Positions 20,426-31,004 of a DNA stretch of 64,000 nt are shown piece after piece. The first letter of the stretch is position 1. Every line of letters begins with the position of its first letter. Where the stretch lies: assembly GCA_963813535.1 (NCBI GenBank), contig CAWEZH010000002.1, positions 1,888,001-1,952,000 on the forward strand, in the 5' to 3' direction. Source of the DNA: an uncultured Chloroflexia bacterium. GTDB lineage: Bacteria > Chloroflexota > Limnocylindria > Limnocylindrales > CSP1-4. Made by a program: the position numbers and the translations under genes. The notes beneath the pieces were generated by a model that was not told the origin of the DNA, did no database searches, and saw only the letters and a program-made list of their open reading frames with translations.

Positions 20426-21205
20426 ATGACCGATACCCGTCTCTGGGATCGCGCCGCGGTCGCCGTCGTCGCCGAGGGCAGACGGTTCCCGGCCGTCACG
20501 TCCCTGCAGCCCGGTCTGCCGACGGTCGAAGAGCTGTTCGACTTCATGCGTGACGCCGAGTTGCGCTTCGCCACGCTGCGGATGCGGATCGTCGAGCGCG
20601 CGGTCACGGCGCGCGGCGAGGACGCCACCCAGGTCGACGTGATGCTCCGCCACCCGGGTCAGGCGAAGGTCACGACGAGCCGGCCCGGCGAAGAGGTGGG
20701 CGGACCGTACGAGATCTGGATCACCGACGGCGAGATCGTCCGGACCTATGTCGCGGCCCACAAGCTCGGCACGCAACGACCGATCCGGAACCGACCGCGC
20801 GGGCTCGAGGACCCCGATTTTCCCGGCATGTCCCGCATCTACGACCCGGTGACGCCGCTCCCGATGGAGACGCTGCCCGACACGTTCGTGCACCCGGCGG
20901 GCTTCTGTCAGAACGTGCTGTCGACCGGCCGCTGCAGGATCACCGGGAGTGCCACGGTCGCCGGCCGAGCGACGATCCACCTCCGCTGCGACCACCCGCG
21001 GACCATCGAACTTCCTGCCGACCGTCCCGATCACGCGATCGAGATCGCCGTCGACCGCGACACCGGTGTCATCGTCCGGCTGATCCAGACCATCGGTGAC
21101 GCCGTCACGCGCGACGCCGTGGTCAGCGTCCTGGAGCCGGACGCCAAGCTCCCGCCGACAGCCTTCGAGTTCGTCTTCCCGACCGGTACGACGATGCTGT
21201 TCTAG
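20426..21205 (+). CDS. Hypothetical protein, LolA/RseB-like beta fold, no signal peptide
   Basis: IWITDGEIVRTY, ATVAGRATIHL, IAVDRDTGVIVR, LPPTAFEFVFPTGT patterns; TACAAT 8 nt upstream of ATG. Confidence 0.6.
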   Translation: MTDTRLWDRAAVAVVAEGRRFPAVTSLQPGLPTVEELFDFMRDAELRFATLRMRIVERAVTARGEDATQVDVMLRHPGQAKVTTSRPGEEVGGPYEIWITDGEIVRTYVAAHKLGTQRPIRNRPRGLEDPDFPGMSRIYDPVTPLPMETLPDTFVHPAGFCQNVLSTGRCRITGSATVAGRATIHLRCDHPRTIELPADRPDHAIEIAVDRDTGVIVRLIQTIGDAVTRDAVVSVLEPDAKLPPTAFEFVFPTGTTMLF

Positions 21206-21266
21206 GGCCCTCGACGGGGCCGGTCCCCGCAGGTGGGACCCTCTTCCTCACGCCCGGACCGGCGCG

Positions 21267-21443
21267 TATAGTCGGCGCAGCCGTACCAACCCCAGCGTCA
21301 TCCAGGCATCCGCGCAAGGCGCACCGCAGCGACAGCACCTGCGGTAGCAGCCGACGCAGGATCGGGCCGTGGTAGGGACCCGATCGGCAGGGCGACCTCC
21401 GCCACCCCAGGACGGAGGCTCCGCTCACGTGAGGGAGGTATCG
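21267..21443 (+). promoter_or_regulatory. Promoter and structured 5' leader of the permease gene (candidate cis-regulatory RNA)
   Basis: TATAGT at 21267-21272; hairpins 21323-21345, 21360-21385 and 21396-21418; anti-SD ACCTCC 21395-21400 complementary to SD GGAGGT 21434-21439. Confidence 0.5.
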
Positions 21444-23099
21444 ATGACCCAGCCGCGTTCGCACGACGATGTCGTCCAGCAGGACATCGCCGACCTGCAC
21501 CAGCTTGGTTACGCGCAGGAGCTGCTCCGCTCGATGGGCGGGTTCAGCAACTTCGCGATCAGCTTCAGCATCATCAGCATCCTGACCGGCGCGGTCATCC
21601 TGTACGACTACGGTCTGGCCTGGGCCGGCACCGCGGCCGTGATGATCGGCTGGCCGCTCGTGACGGTCTTCGTGGTTGCCATCGCCGCCTCGATGGCGGA
21701 GGTCGCGTCGGCCTACCCGACCGCCGGCGGGCTGTACTACTGGGCCAGCCGGATGAAGAACAAGAACTGGGGCTGGTGGACGGCGTGGCTGAACCTCATC
21801 GGCCAGTTCGCGATCGTGGCCGGCATCAACTACGCGGCCGCCGGTTTCCTGAACGCGACGCTCATCACGCCGCTCCTGAGCAACGTCGGCGTCGACTTCC
21901 AGAACACGAGCACGTTCTTCGGTGTCCTCAATGGCCAGCTGGTGACGATGGGCATCCTGATGCTCGTCGAGCTCGCCATGAACATCGCCGGCATCAACCT
22001 CGTGGCGATCCTCAACCAGGTCAGTGTCTGGTGGCACATCGTGATCGTGGCCGCCGTCGTCTTGCTCGTTTTCCTGGCCGGCAAGCCCGATGAGTCCGGC
22101 CTGACGCTCTTCGCGGTGCAACCGCTCGATACGGCCGGGTCGTGGGATAACAACCTCGGCTTCCTGCACCTGACGTACGGACCGGCGATCACCTACCCGC
22201 TCATCCTTGCGTTCTTCTTCTCGCTGCTCCAGGCGAACTGGACGTACACGGGCTATGACGCCTCGGCGCATGTGGCGGAGGAGACGGTCGGCGCTCGCGT
22301 GGCGAGCGCGTGGGGCATCTTCCTGTCGGTCGCGGTGTCGGCAGTCGTCGGCTTCATCTTCCTGCTCGCGCTGACGACCCACCTGCCCGATCTGTCGACG
22401 CTGTTCCCGCCGTCCCTGGACAATTCCGCGACCTACAGCCAGTACTACTTCGGCGGTGGCGTCGCGGTCATCGACATCCTGCGCTACAACCTCGGGAGCA
22501 TCGGCGACCTGTTGAGCGCGGGCATCGCGATCGCGATGGCGTTCTGCGGCCTGTCATCGGTGGCTTCGGCCGGCCGGATGCTCTACGCCTTCAGCCGCGA
22601 CGACGGCCTGCCGGGCTCGGGCTGGCTCAAGAAGGTCTCGCACCGCTATCGCACGCCGGCGAACTCGCTGACCGCGATCGTGGTGATCTCCTGGTTGTTC
22701 AGCGTCGCGGCGTTCATCGTCGGGACCGGCACCGCCATCGTGATCATCACGGCCATCAGCACGATCTTCCTGTACGCCGCGTACGGCGTCGTCATCTACC
22801 TGGGTGCCACGACGACCGACTGGCTGCAGGAACGCGTGTGGAGCCTCGGCCGGTTCTCGAAGCCGATCGCCTGGATCGCGGTCGCCTGGATCGTCGTGCT
22901 CATGGTCCTCTTCTCGTGGCCGACCTCGGGCAACATCTCGTGGCCGTTCATGGTCGGGACCGTGGTGCTCCTGGTCATCTACTACTTCGGCTGGGCGCGG
23001 ACGCGCTTCAAGGGCCCGCGATCGATGGGTGACAGCGCCGCGCTGACTGAGATCGAGCGCGAGTTCGACAAGGCCGCCGAGGAGTTGCAGCCCGCCTGA
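21444..23099 (+). CDS. APC superfamily amino acid/amine permease
   Basis: LGYAQELLRSMGGFSNFAISFSIISILTG, AEVASAYPTAGGLYYWAS, WTYTGYDASAHVAEET, RMLYAFSRD; about 12 TMs. Confidence 0.93.
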   Translation: MTQPRSHDDVVQQDIADLHQLGYAQELLRSMGGFSNFAISFSIISILTGAVILYDYGLAWAGTAAVMIGWPLVTVFVVAIAASMAEVASAYPTAGGLYYWASRMKNKNWGWWTAWLNLIGQFAIVAGINYAAAGFLNATLITPLLSNVGVDFQNTSTFFGVLNGQLVTMGILMLVELAMNIAGINLVAILNQVSVWWHIVIVAAVVLLVFLAGKPDESGLTLFAVQPLDTAGSWDNNLGFLHLTYGPAITYPLILAFFFSLLQANWTYTGYDASAHVAEETVGARVASAWGIFLSVAVSAVVGFIFLLALTTHLPDLSTLFPPSLDNSATYSQYYFGGGVAVIDILRYNLGSIGDLLSAGIAIAMAFCGLSSVASAGRMLYAFSRDDGLPGSGWLKKVSHRYRTPANSLTAIVVISWLFSVAAFIVGTGTAIVIITAISTIFLYAAYGVVIYLGATTTDWLQERVWSLGRFSKPIAWIAVAWIVVLMVLFSWPTSGNISWPFMVGTVVLLVIYYFGWARTRFKGPRSMGDSAALTEIEREFDKAAEELQPA

Positions 23100-23128
23100 G
23101 ACGTCATCACCGTCGGATCGAGACGTAG

Positions 23129-23158
23129 GGCCGGCCCGGCACCGCCGGGCCGGCCTTT
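23129..23158 (+). terminator. GC-rich hairpin between permease and glnA-like gene (weak terminator or stabiliser)
   Basis: GGCCGGCCCGGC-ACC-GCCGGGCCGGCC followed by TTT. Confidence 0.55.
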
Positions 23159-23192
23159 CGACCCGTCACTTGCACGCGGAGGAGGACCGACC

Positions 23193-24605
23193 ATGAGCGA
23201 CGGCGCAGGCGAGCACGGCCACGCGACGAAGCACCCGCGCCTCGCCGAGCTCGAGGGCATGGTCCGCGACGGCAGCATCGACACCATCGTCGTGGCCTTC
23301 ACCGACATGCAGGGGCGGCTCATGGGCAAGCGCGTCCATGGCCAGGCGTTCCTCGACGGCGTGATCGCCCACGGCGCCCACTTCTGCACGTACCTGCTCG
23401 GCACGGACATGGAGATGAACACGCCGGAAGGGTTCCGGCTCATGAACTGGGAGACCGGCTACGGTGACTGGATCGCCGAGCCGATCTGGGACCAGTTGCG
23501 CGTGCTGCCCTGGCTACCCGGCACGGCGCTCGTGCTGAGCGACACGATCGACGAGGAGACGGGCCGCGAGATCCCGGTCTCACCGCGGACGATCCTCAAG
23601 CGCCAGGTGGCCGCCGCGACCGACGCCGGTTTCGCGATCAAGGCCGGGTCGGAGTTCGAGTTCTACGTCCTGAAGGACTCCTGGGAGTCACTCGCCGAGC
23701 AGGGCTGGCCGACACCGAAGCCCTTCGGCTACTACAACGAGGACTACCACCTTCTGCAGGCCACCAAGGCCGAGCCACTGCATCACCTGTTGCGCACGCA
23801 GATGAGCGCGGCCAACGTGCCGATCGAGTTCAGCAAGGGTGAGGCCGCCAACGGCCAGCACGAGGTGAACATCCGCTACGACCACGTCCTCGAGTCGGCC
23901 GACCGGAGCGTCGTGTTCAAGCACGGCGCGAAGGAGATCGCCTACCTCAACGGCTGGGGGATCACGTTCATGGCCAAGCCCGACCACCGGTGGACGGGCT
24001 CGTCCGGGCATCTCCACATGAGCGTCTGGGACCTGGCGAAGGACGTGCCGGTGATGCATGCGACGGGCCGCGAGAAGGGCGGGGCGTACGGGCTGTCGAA
24101 GGTCGGTCAGCAATTCATGGCCGGGATGATGGCGTTGTCCCGGGAGCTGGCGGTGTTCGTCGCGCCGTTCATCAACTCGTACAAGCGCTACGCGTCGTTG
24201 TCATGGGCACCGGTCAACGTGGTCTGGGGACGCGACAACCGGACGACCGGCTTCCGACTGGTCGGCCACGGGCCGTCGCTGCACGTCGAGAACCGCTTCC
24301 CAGGTGGGGACATGAACGCGTACCTGACCTACGCGGCGATGGTCGGCGCGGGACTGTACGGGATCCGCCACGGGCTCAAGCTCGAGGATGAGTTCAAGGG
24401 CAACGGCTATCTTGCGACGGGGCACCCGCGCATGCCGCGCGCCCTGTACGAGGCGATCTGGGAGCTGGAGCGGTCGCAGGCGGCGGTCGAGATCTTCGGG
24501 CAGGACGTCATCGATCACTATCTCAATGCGGCGCGCGTGGAGCAGGAGACGTACGATTCGATCGTCCACCCCTGGGACCGCGAGCGCTACCTCGAACGAG
24601 GCTGA
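23193..24605 (+). CDS. Glutamine synthetase family gamma-glutamyl-amine ligase (GlnA4/PuuA-like)
   Basis: FTDMQGRLMGKR, WETGYGD, SKGEAANGQHEVN, TFMAKP, GSSGHLHMS, INSYKRY, WGRDNRT, VENRFPGGD. Confidence 0.88.
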   Translation: MSDGAGEHGHATKHPRLAELEGMVRDGSIDTIVVAFTDMQGRLMGKRVHGQAFLDGVIAHGAHFCTYLLGTDMEMNTPEGFRLMNWETGYGDWIAEPIWDQLRVLPWLPGTALVLSDTIDEETGREIPVSPRTILKRQVAAATDAGFAIKAGSEFEFYVLKDSWESLAEQGWPTPKPFGYYNEDYHLLQATKAEPLHHLLRTQMSAANVPIEFSKGEAANGQHEVNIRYDHVLESADRSVVFKHGAKEIAYLNGWGITFMAKPDHRWTGSSGHLHMSVWDLAKDVPVMHATGREKGGAYGLSKVGQQFMAGMMALSRELAVFVAPFINSYKRYASLSWAPVNVVWGRDNRTTGFRLVGHGPSLHVENRFPGGDMNAYLTYAAMVGAGLYGIRHGLKLEDEFKGNGYLATGHPRMPRALYEAIWELERSQAAVEIFGQDVIDHYLNAARVEQETYDSIVHPWDRERYLERG

Positions 24606-24617
24606 CGAAGGAGGCCG

Positions 24618-27600
24618 GTGACACAGCTCGATCCGGCCACGCAGCCCCAGGTCGCCGCCGCATCGAAGATCCAGTCGGCGCTCTATCGGATCGCCGAGGC
24701 GGCCAGCTCGGCTGAGGACCTCCACGCCTTCTTCGCCCGGATCCACGAGATCGTGGCCGAGCTCATGTTCGCGCGGAGCTTCTACGTCGCGCTGTATGAC
24801 GACCAACGCGAGCGGATCAACTTCCCCTACTACGTCGACGAGGTCGATGTGGATATCCCCGATCCGCGGGCGTGGGAGCCGTTCGGTGTCGGCAACGCGC
24901 GGGGGTTGACGGGTTACGTCATCCGGTCTCGACGGCCGGAGCTCTTCACCCGCGCTCGCTGGCAGGCCCTCGTCGAGACCGGTGAGATCGGGGCCGTCGG
25001 CGAGGAGGGCGAGGACTGGCTCGGCGTCCCGCTCCTGGCCGACGACCGCGTCATCGGGCTGGTCGTCGTCCAGACGTATGCCGCCGACGAGCACTACAGC
25101 GAACAGGACGTGGAGGTCCTCTCGTTCGTCGGCCAGCACATCGCATCGGCGCTCACCCGCGCCCGCGCGATCGAGGAGACGCGGGAGCGCAACGCCGAGC
25201 TGTCGGTGATCAACGAGATCGGCGAGGCGCTCGCGCGCCAGCTCGACTTCGGCGCCATCACTGAGCTGGTCGGCGAGCGCGTGCGCACGATCTTCGAAGC
25301 ATCCAGCATGTTCATCGCGTTCTATGACCCGGCGACGGACCTGCAGTCGTACCCCTACACGATCGACGACGGCCAGCGCTTCGACCGGCCCGATGTCCCG
25401 ATGGGGCAGGGCCTGACCTCGCGGATCATCACGACGGGCCGCCCCGTCCGCGTCGGCTCTGACGCCGAGGCGGTCCGGCTGGGTGCCGTCCAACTGGGCG
25501 GGTCGCCGACCGAATCGTTCCTCGGCGTGCCCATCGTCGCCGGCGACCGGGTGATCGGCGTCATCGCCATGGAGCGCCTGGAGCTCGACGCCTACACCGA
25601 GGCCGATGAGCGGCTCCTGTCCACGCTCGCGTCGAGCATGGGCGTGGCTCTCGAAAACGCCCGCCTCTTCGGGGAGACCAAACGCCTCCTTGCCGAATCC
25701 GACCAACGGGCGGCGGAGCTGGCCGTCGTCAACGAGATCGGCACGGCGCTCGCCAAACAGCTCGACTTCGACGAGATCTGCGAGCTTGTCGGTGAGCGCG
25801 TCCGGGCGATCTTTCGGGCCCCGTCCGTCGCGATCGGGCTACTCGACGAGTCGAAGCGAACGATCTCATTCCCCTACGAGCTCGATGACGGCGAGCGCAT
25901 CCATTCCGATCCCCTGGAGCTCGGTATCGGACTGACGTCGATCGTCATCTCGAGCCGCCAGCCCCTGCGCGCCGGCACGACGGAAGAGCTGCAGGCACTC
26001 GGAGCGTTGGTGATAGGCGTGACCGTCAGCGCGTCATGGCTCGGGGTCCCGATCCTGAGTGGTGAGCGGGTGATCGGGCTCATCAATCTCGAAAGCACGG
26101 AACCGAACGTCTTCTCCGCATCCGACGAGCGCCTGCTCGTGACGATCGCGGCCAGCATGGGAGTGGCCCTCGAGAACGCCCGCCTGTTCGACGAGACCAA
26201 GCGACTGCTCACGGAGACCGACGAACGAGCCGCGGAGCTGGCGATCATCAACTCGGTCCAGCAGGGTCTCGCCGCACAACTCGACCTGCAGGCCATGTAC
26301 GACCTCGTCGGCGACAAGATCCAGGAAACGTTCGATGCGCAGGTCGTCGACATCGCGATCCCGGAGCACGGGTCGGACGTTGTCCATTTCGTGTACACGA
26401 TCGAGCGGGGCGTGCGGTATCCCGACGATCCGCGTCCGATCGCCAACAGCGTCCGCGGGCTGGCCATGGAGACCCGACGCCCCGTGAAGGTCGACCGCGA
26501 TCTCAGGGGATTCGCCGCGGACCACGGGTTCGACTGGTACATCCAGGACGGGACCGAGGAACCGAAGTCGGCCGTGTGGGTGCCGCTCGTCGCCGGCGAT
26601 GAGCCGCGAGGCGTGATCTCGCTCCAGAATCTCGATCGTGAGGCGGCGTTCACCGACGCCGACGTCGAGCTGCTGATGACGATCGCAGCCAGCCTTAGCG
26701 TGGCCCTCGAGAACGCCCGCCTGTTCGACGAGACCAAGCGGCTGCTGACCGAGACCGACGAGCGCGCTGCGGAGCTGGCGATCATCAACGAGGTCCAACG
26801 CGGCCTGGCCGAACAGCTCGACATGCAGGCCATGTACGAGGTCGTCGGGGAGAAGATCCAGGAGATCTTCGACGCCCAGGTCGCCGACATCGGGATCTAC
26901 GACCACGCGGCTGAGGTCACCCACTATCCCTACGCGATCGAGCGCGGCGAGCGGTACCCCGACGAGGCGGTGCCGTTCAATGAGATCACCCGGGGCTTCA
27001 TCGCCGGTCGTCGGACCGTCGTCCACGACGACATCCCCGCGTACGAACGGGAACACGGCGCGATGCCGGTCATCCAGGGCGAGCCAGCCCTGTCGATGGT
27101 CCGCGTCCCGCTGATGATCGGCGACGAGGTCCGCGGCAGCATCTCGCTGCAGAACCTCGATCGGACGCACGCGTTCTCGGACGGGGATGTGCGGCTCCTG
27201 ACGACCCTCGCGGCCAGCCTCAGCGTCGCGCTCGAGAACGCGCGGCTGATCGACGAGACGCGCCAGCGTGTCGCGGAGCTCGACACGATCAACCGGGTCA
27301 GCCAGGCGATCTCGTCGCAGCTCGACCTCACGACGCTGCTCGAGCTGGTCGGCGAGCAGATGCGCCAGACCTTCTCGGCCGACATCGCATTCGTGGCCCT
27401 CAAGGACGAGGCCGAGGACGTCATCCGGTTCCCGTATCACATCGAGCACGGCCTCCGCGAACCGCAGGATCCGATGCCGATGGGCAGCGGTCTGACGTCG
27501 CGCATCCTGACGACGCGAGAGCCGCTCTTGCTCAACCGGGCGTCGCAGTTCGACCGGCTCGCGATGCCGTCCATCGGGACACCGGCGCTGTCCTGGGTCG

Positions 27601-29889
27601 GCGTCCCGATCGTGGTCGGCGACGAGGCCATCGGCGTCATCAGCGTCCAGAGCACCAGCGACGAGGGACGCTTCGGCGAGGCCGACGTGCGGCTCCTGGG
27701 CACGATCGCGGCCAACGTCGGCGTCGCCATCCAGAACGCCCGGCTGTTCCGTGAGAGCCACCGGCGTGCCACCGAGATGGCCGCCCTCGCGGACGTCGGT
27801 CGCGAGCTGTCGGCGACCCTCGACCCGACGGCTGTCCTCGACCGCATCGCCGAGCACGCCATGGACCTGCTCTCGGCCGCATCGAGTGCCGTTTACCTCG
27901 CCCAGCCCGACGGGCGCACGTTCCGTGCCATCGTCGGTCGCGGCGAGATCGCCGAGCAGCTCCTGGCCGACACGATCAACCTCGGCGAAGGCATCGTCGG
28001 GAGCGTCCTGCGCGATCGCCGCGCCGAGATGGTCAACGACGTCCTGGCCGATCCGCGGACGCGCATCATCCCCGGCACCGACCCCGACGAGAACGACCGC
28101 TTGATGGTTGCACCGCTGGTCGCGCACGACGTCGTCATCGGGGCCATGGCCGTCTGGCGACCGATCCCAGGGGCACCGTACGTCCAGAGCGAGCTCGACC
28201 TGCTGATCGGCCTGTCGCAGCACGCGGCGATCGCCATCGAGAACGCCCGCCTGTACCGCGAGACGCAGGAGGCGCGCGACGCCGCCCAAGACGCGGATCG
28301 GGCCAAGAGCACGTTCCTCGCGGCCATGAGTCACGAGATCCGGACGCCGATGAACGCGATCATCGGTATGAGCGGGCTGATGCTCGACACGGCGCTGACC
28401 GACGAGCAGCGCGACTATGCGGAGACGATCCGCACCTCGGGTGACGCCCTCCTCACGATCATCAACGACATCCTCGACTTCTCGAAGATCGAGGCCGGCA
28501 AGGTCGATCTCGACCGGGAGCCGTTCGACCTCCGCGCATGTATCGAGGGCGCGGTGGACGTGCTGGCGCCATCCGCCGCTGCGAAGCACCTCGAGCTCCT
28601 CTACACGGTCGACGATGACCTGCCGCGCACGATCGTCGGCGACCAGGGCCGCGTTCGCCAGGTCGTCCTCAACCTGCTCTCGAACGCGATCAAGTTCACC
28701 GAGCGTGGTGAGGTGGAACTCTCGGCGACCGGCCGGCCGATCGGGGGCGACGCTTCCGGTGGAGGCGCACTCTGGTCGATCTCGATCGCCGTCCGCGACA
28801 CCGGTATCGGCATCCCGGCGGACCGGATGGACCGGCTATTCCAGTCCTTCAGCCAGGCCGACGCATCGATCTCGCGGCGCTACGGCGGGACGGGCCTGGG
28901 CCTGGCCATCAGCCGACGCCTGGCCGAACTCATGGGTGGCACGTTGCTTGCCACGAGCGACGGTGTCGCCGGTCGCGGCAGCACCTTCGAATTGACGATC
29001 CTCGCCGACGCGGCTCCCGATCAGATCGCGTCGGCACCCGTTCGACTCCTCGACCTGAGCGGCCGCCGCATCCTCGTCGTCGATGACAACGCGACGAACC
29101 GGCGGATCCTGCGGACGCTGGTCGAGCGATGGGGCATGAGCGCCCGCGACAGTCGAGTCCCCTCGGGAGGCCCTCGGCTGGGTCGTGGCCGGCGAGCGGT
29201 TCGATCTGGTCATCGCCGACCTGCACATGCCCGAGCTCGACGGCATCGCCCTCGCCACGGCCTTACGGGCGGCCGACGCCGGCACGGGCACGCCCGTCAT
29301 CGTGCTGTCGTCGATCGGCGTCCACGATCGCGAGAACGACGCGGTCGCGGCGTCGCTCGTCAAGCCGGTCAAACCGTCGGCGCTGTACGACACGATCGCG
29401 ACGGTCCTCGCCGGCCAGTCCGCGGCCGTCGCCGTCCGGCCGTCCGGGGTTGGCATCGACCATGGCCTCGGGGCGCGTCATCCGCTCCGGATCCTTCTCG
29501 CCGAGGACAACCCGGTGAACCAGAAGCTCGCGCTCCGGCTGCTCGAGCGGATGGGGTATCGCGCCGACGTCGTCGAGGACGGATCGGCCGCGGTCGCCGC
29601 GGTCGAGGGAAGCACCTATGACGTGATCCTCATGGACGTCCAGATGCCGGAGCTCGACGGGATGGAGGCGACGCGCCGCATCCGGCACCGCTGGCCGGGC
29701 GAGACGCCTCGGATCGTGGCCATGACCGCCAACGCGATGGACGGCGACCGCGAGGCGTGCCTCGCGGCTGGCATGGACGACTACATCGCCAAGCCGATCT
29801 CGCCGGAGGCGCTCCAGGCAAGCCTCGTCGCCGCGGCACCGGCGACGGAGCGTGGGGCGTCCGCCGTCGGCGATGGAGCGACCGCATGA
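24618..29889 (+). CDS. Hybrid sensor histidine kinase: 7xGAF-HisKA-HATPase-REC-REC (apparent +1 frameshift near 29152)
   Basis: Seven GAF repeats, six ending in (E/Q)NARL; [18 protein letters not shown]; [28 protein letters not shown]1 (ILVVDDN) continues in a shifted frame (ORF 29185-29889: [11 protein letters not shown], then ILLAEDN...LMDVQMP). Confidence 0.9.
26163..26789 (+). repeat. Intragenic direct repeat between GAF units
   Basis: About 90 bp at 26163-26252 and 26700-26789 are nearly identical, both encoding [30 protein letters not shown]. Confidence 0.8.
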
Positions 29890-31004
29890 CGTCGTCGCGC
29901 ATCCTCGTCGTGGATGACACGCCGTTCAACCGGCGGCTGCTCGTCCGCCTGCTCGAGGGGATCGGCCATACCGCGGTGGAGGCCCCCGACGGGCGCCAGG
30001 CGCTCGACCGGCTGCGTGACGCCGACGCCGAGCCGATCGACCTCGTCCTGCTGGACATCGTCATGCCCGACATGGACGGCCACGAGACGCTGGCGGCGCT
30101 CAAGGCGGACGGCGCCCTGCGCGATCTACCGGTCATCGTCATCTCGGGCGTCGACGAGCTCGACAGCGTCGTCCGCTGCATCCGGATGGGGGCCGCGGAT
30201 TATCTGCCCAAGACGGTCGACCCCGAGATCCTGCGTGCCCGGATCGACGCCTCCCTCGCCCAGAAGCGGCTGCGCGACAACGAGCGCGAATTGCTCGCGA
30301 CCATCGATCGCCAGCGCTCGCAGCTCGCGCGCTTCCTGTCGCCGCAGGTCGCGGCCCTCGTCTCGAGCGCGGACGGTGAACAGATGCTGGCCGGCCACCG
30401 GCGCGAGATCACGGCGATGTTCTGCGACCTGCGCAACTTCACGGCCTTCTCGGAAACGGCCGAGCCCGAGGAGGTGCTCGGCTTCCTGCGGGCCTACCAC
30501 GCCGCGATGGGGGCCCTGATCGTCGAGCACGACGCGACACTCGAGCATTTCGCGGGCGACGGCTTCATGACGTTCTTCAACGATCCCGTGCTCCAGCCGG
30601 ATCACGCGGCACGGGCGATCGCCCTGGCCGTGGCGATGCGCGAGGAGTTCGTCGCGCTGGCGGCCGATTGGCGGCGGCGCGGCCACGTGCTCGAGCTGGG
30701 GATCGGCATCGCGACGGGCTACGCGACGCTCGGCCGGATCGGCTTCGAGGGTCGGTACGACTACGGGGCCATCGGCAACGCGATCATCCTGGCCTCGCGC
30801 CTCAGCGGCGAGGCCGCGGGCGGAGAGATCCTCGTCGCGGCACGGACCTTCGCAGAAGCGGAGGCGGAGGCCTCGATCATCGCCGAGCCGGGTGGTGACC
30901 GGATGCTCAAGGGCTTCAGCCGATCGGTCCCGACGTTCCTGATCACCGGCATCGGCGATCGCGCGGGCGGACAGGAGCGGGCCCCAGAAGGCGCGCCCAC
31001 ATGA
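29886..31004 (+). CDS. Response regulator with class III nucleotidyl cyclase domain
   Basis: ATG 29886 overlaps kinase stop; REC ILVVDD..LLDIVMP..K; cyclase [32 protein letters not shown]. Confidence 0.9.
   Translation: MTSSRILVVDDTPFNRRLLVRLLEGIGHTAVEAPDGRQALDRLRDADAEPIDLVLLDIVMPDMDGHETLAALKADGALRDLPVIVISGVDELDSVVRCIRMGAADYLPKTVDPEILRARIDASLAQKRLRDNERELLATIDRQRSQLARFLSPQVAALVSSADGEQMLAGHRREITAMFCDLRNFTAFSETAEPEEVLGFLRAYHAAMGALIVEHDATLEHFAGDGFMTFFNDPVLQPDHAARAIALAVAMREEFVALAADWRRRGHVLELGIGIATGYATLGRIGFEGRYDYGAIGNAIILASRLSGEAAGGEILVAARTFAEAEAEASIIAEPGGDRMLKGFSRSVPTFLITGIGDRAGGQERAPEGAPT

Noticed and set aside
21360-21420. ykkC/guanidine-I riboswitch or ANTAR dual hairpin in the permease leader
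   Set aside because: GTAGGGACCCG only loosely resembles the ykkC core and the 3' conserved block is missing; no clean pair of hexaloop ANTAR hairpins. Kept only as an unclassified leader.
26034-28589. 851-aa antisense ORF, and similar long shadows (5889-7622 +, 12159-14123 +, 54281-56068 +, 58087-59757 +, 62174-63982 -)
   Set aside because: They overlap well-supported genes and lack recognisable motifs; long off-frame ORFs are expected at this GC content.
29886-31004. Pycsar-type defence cyclase
   Set aside because: It is a REC-fused cyclase in a kinase/Hpt operon with no adjacent cNMP-binding TIR or TM effector.
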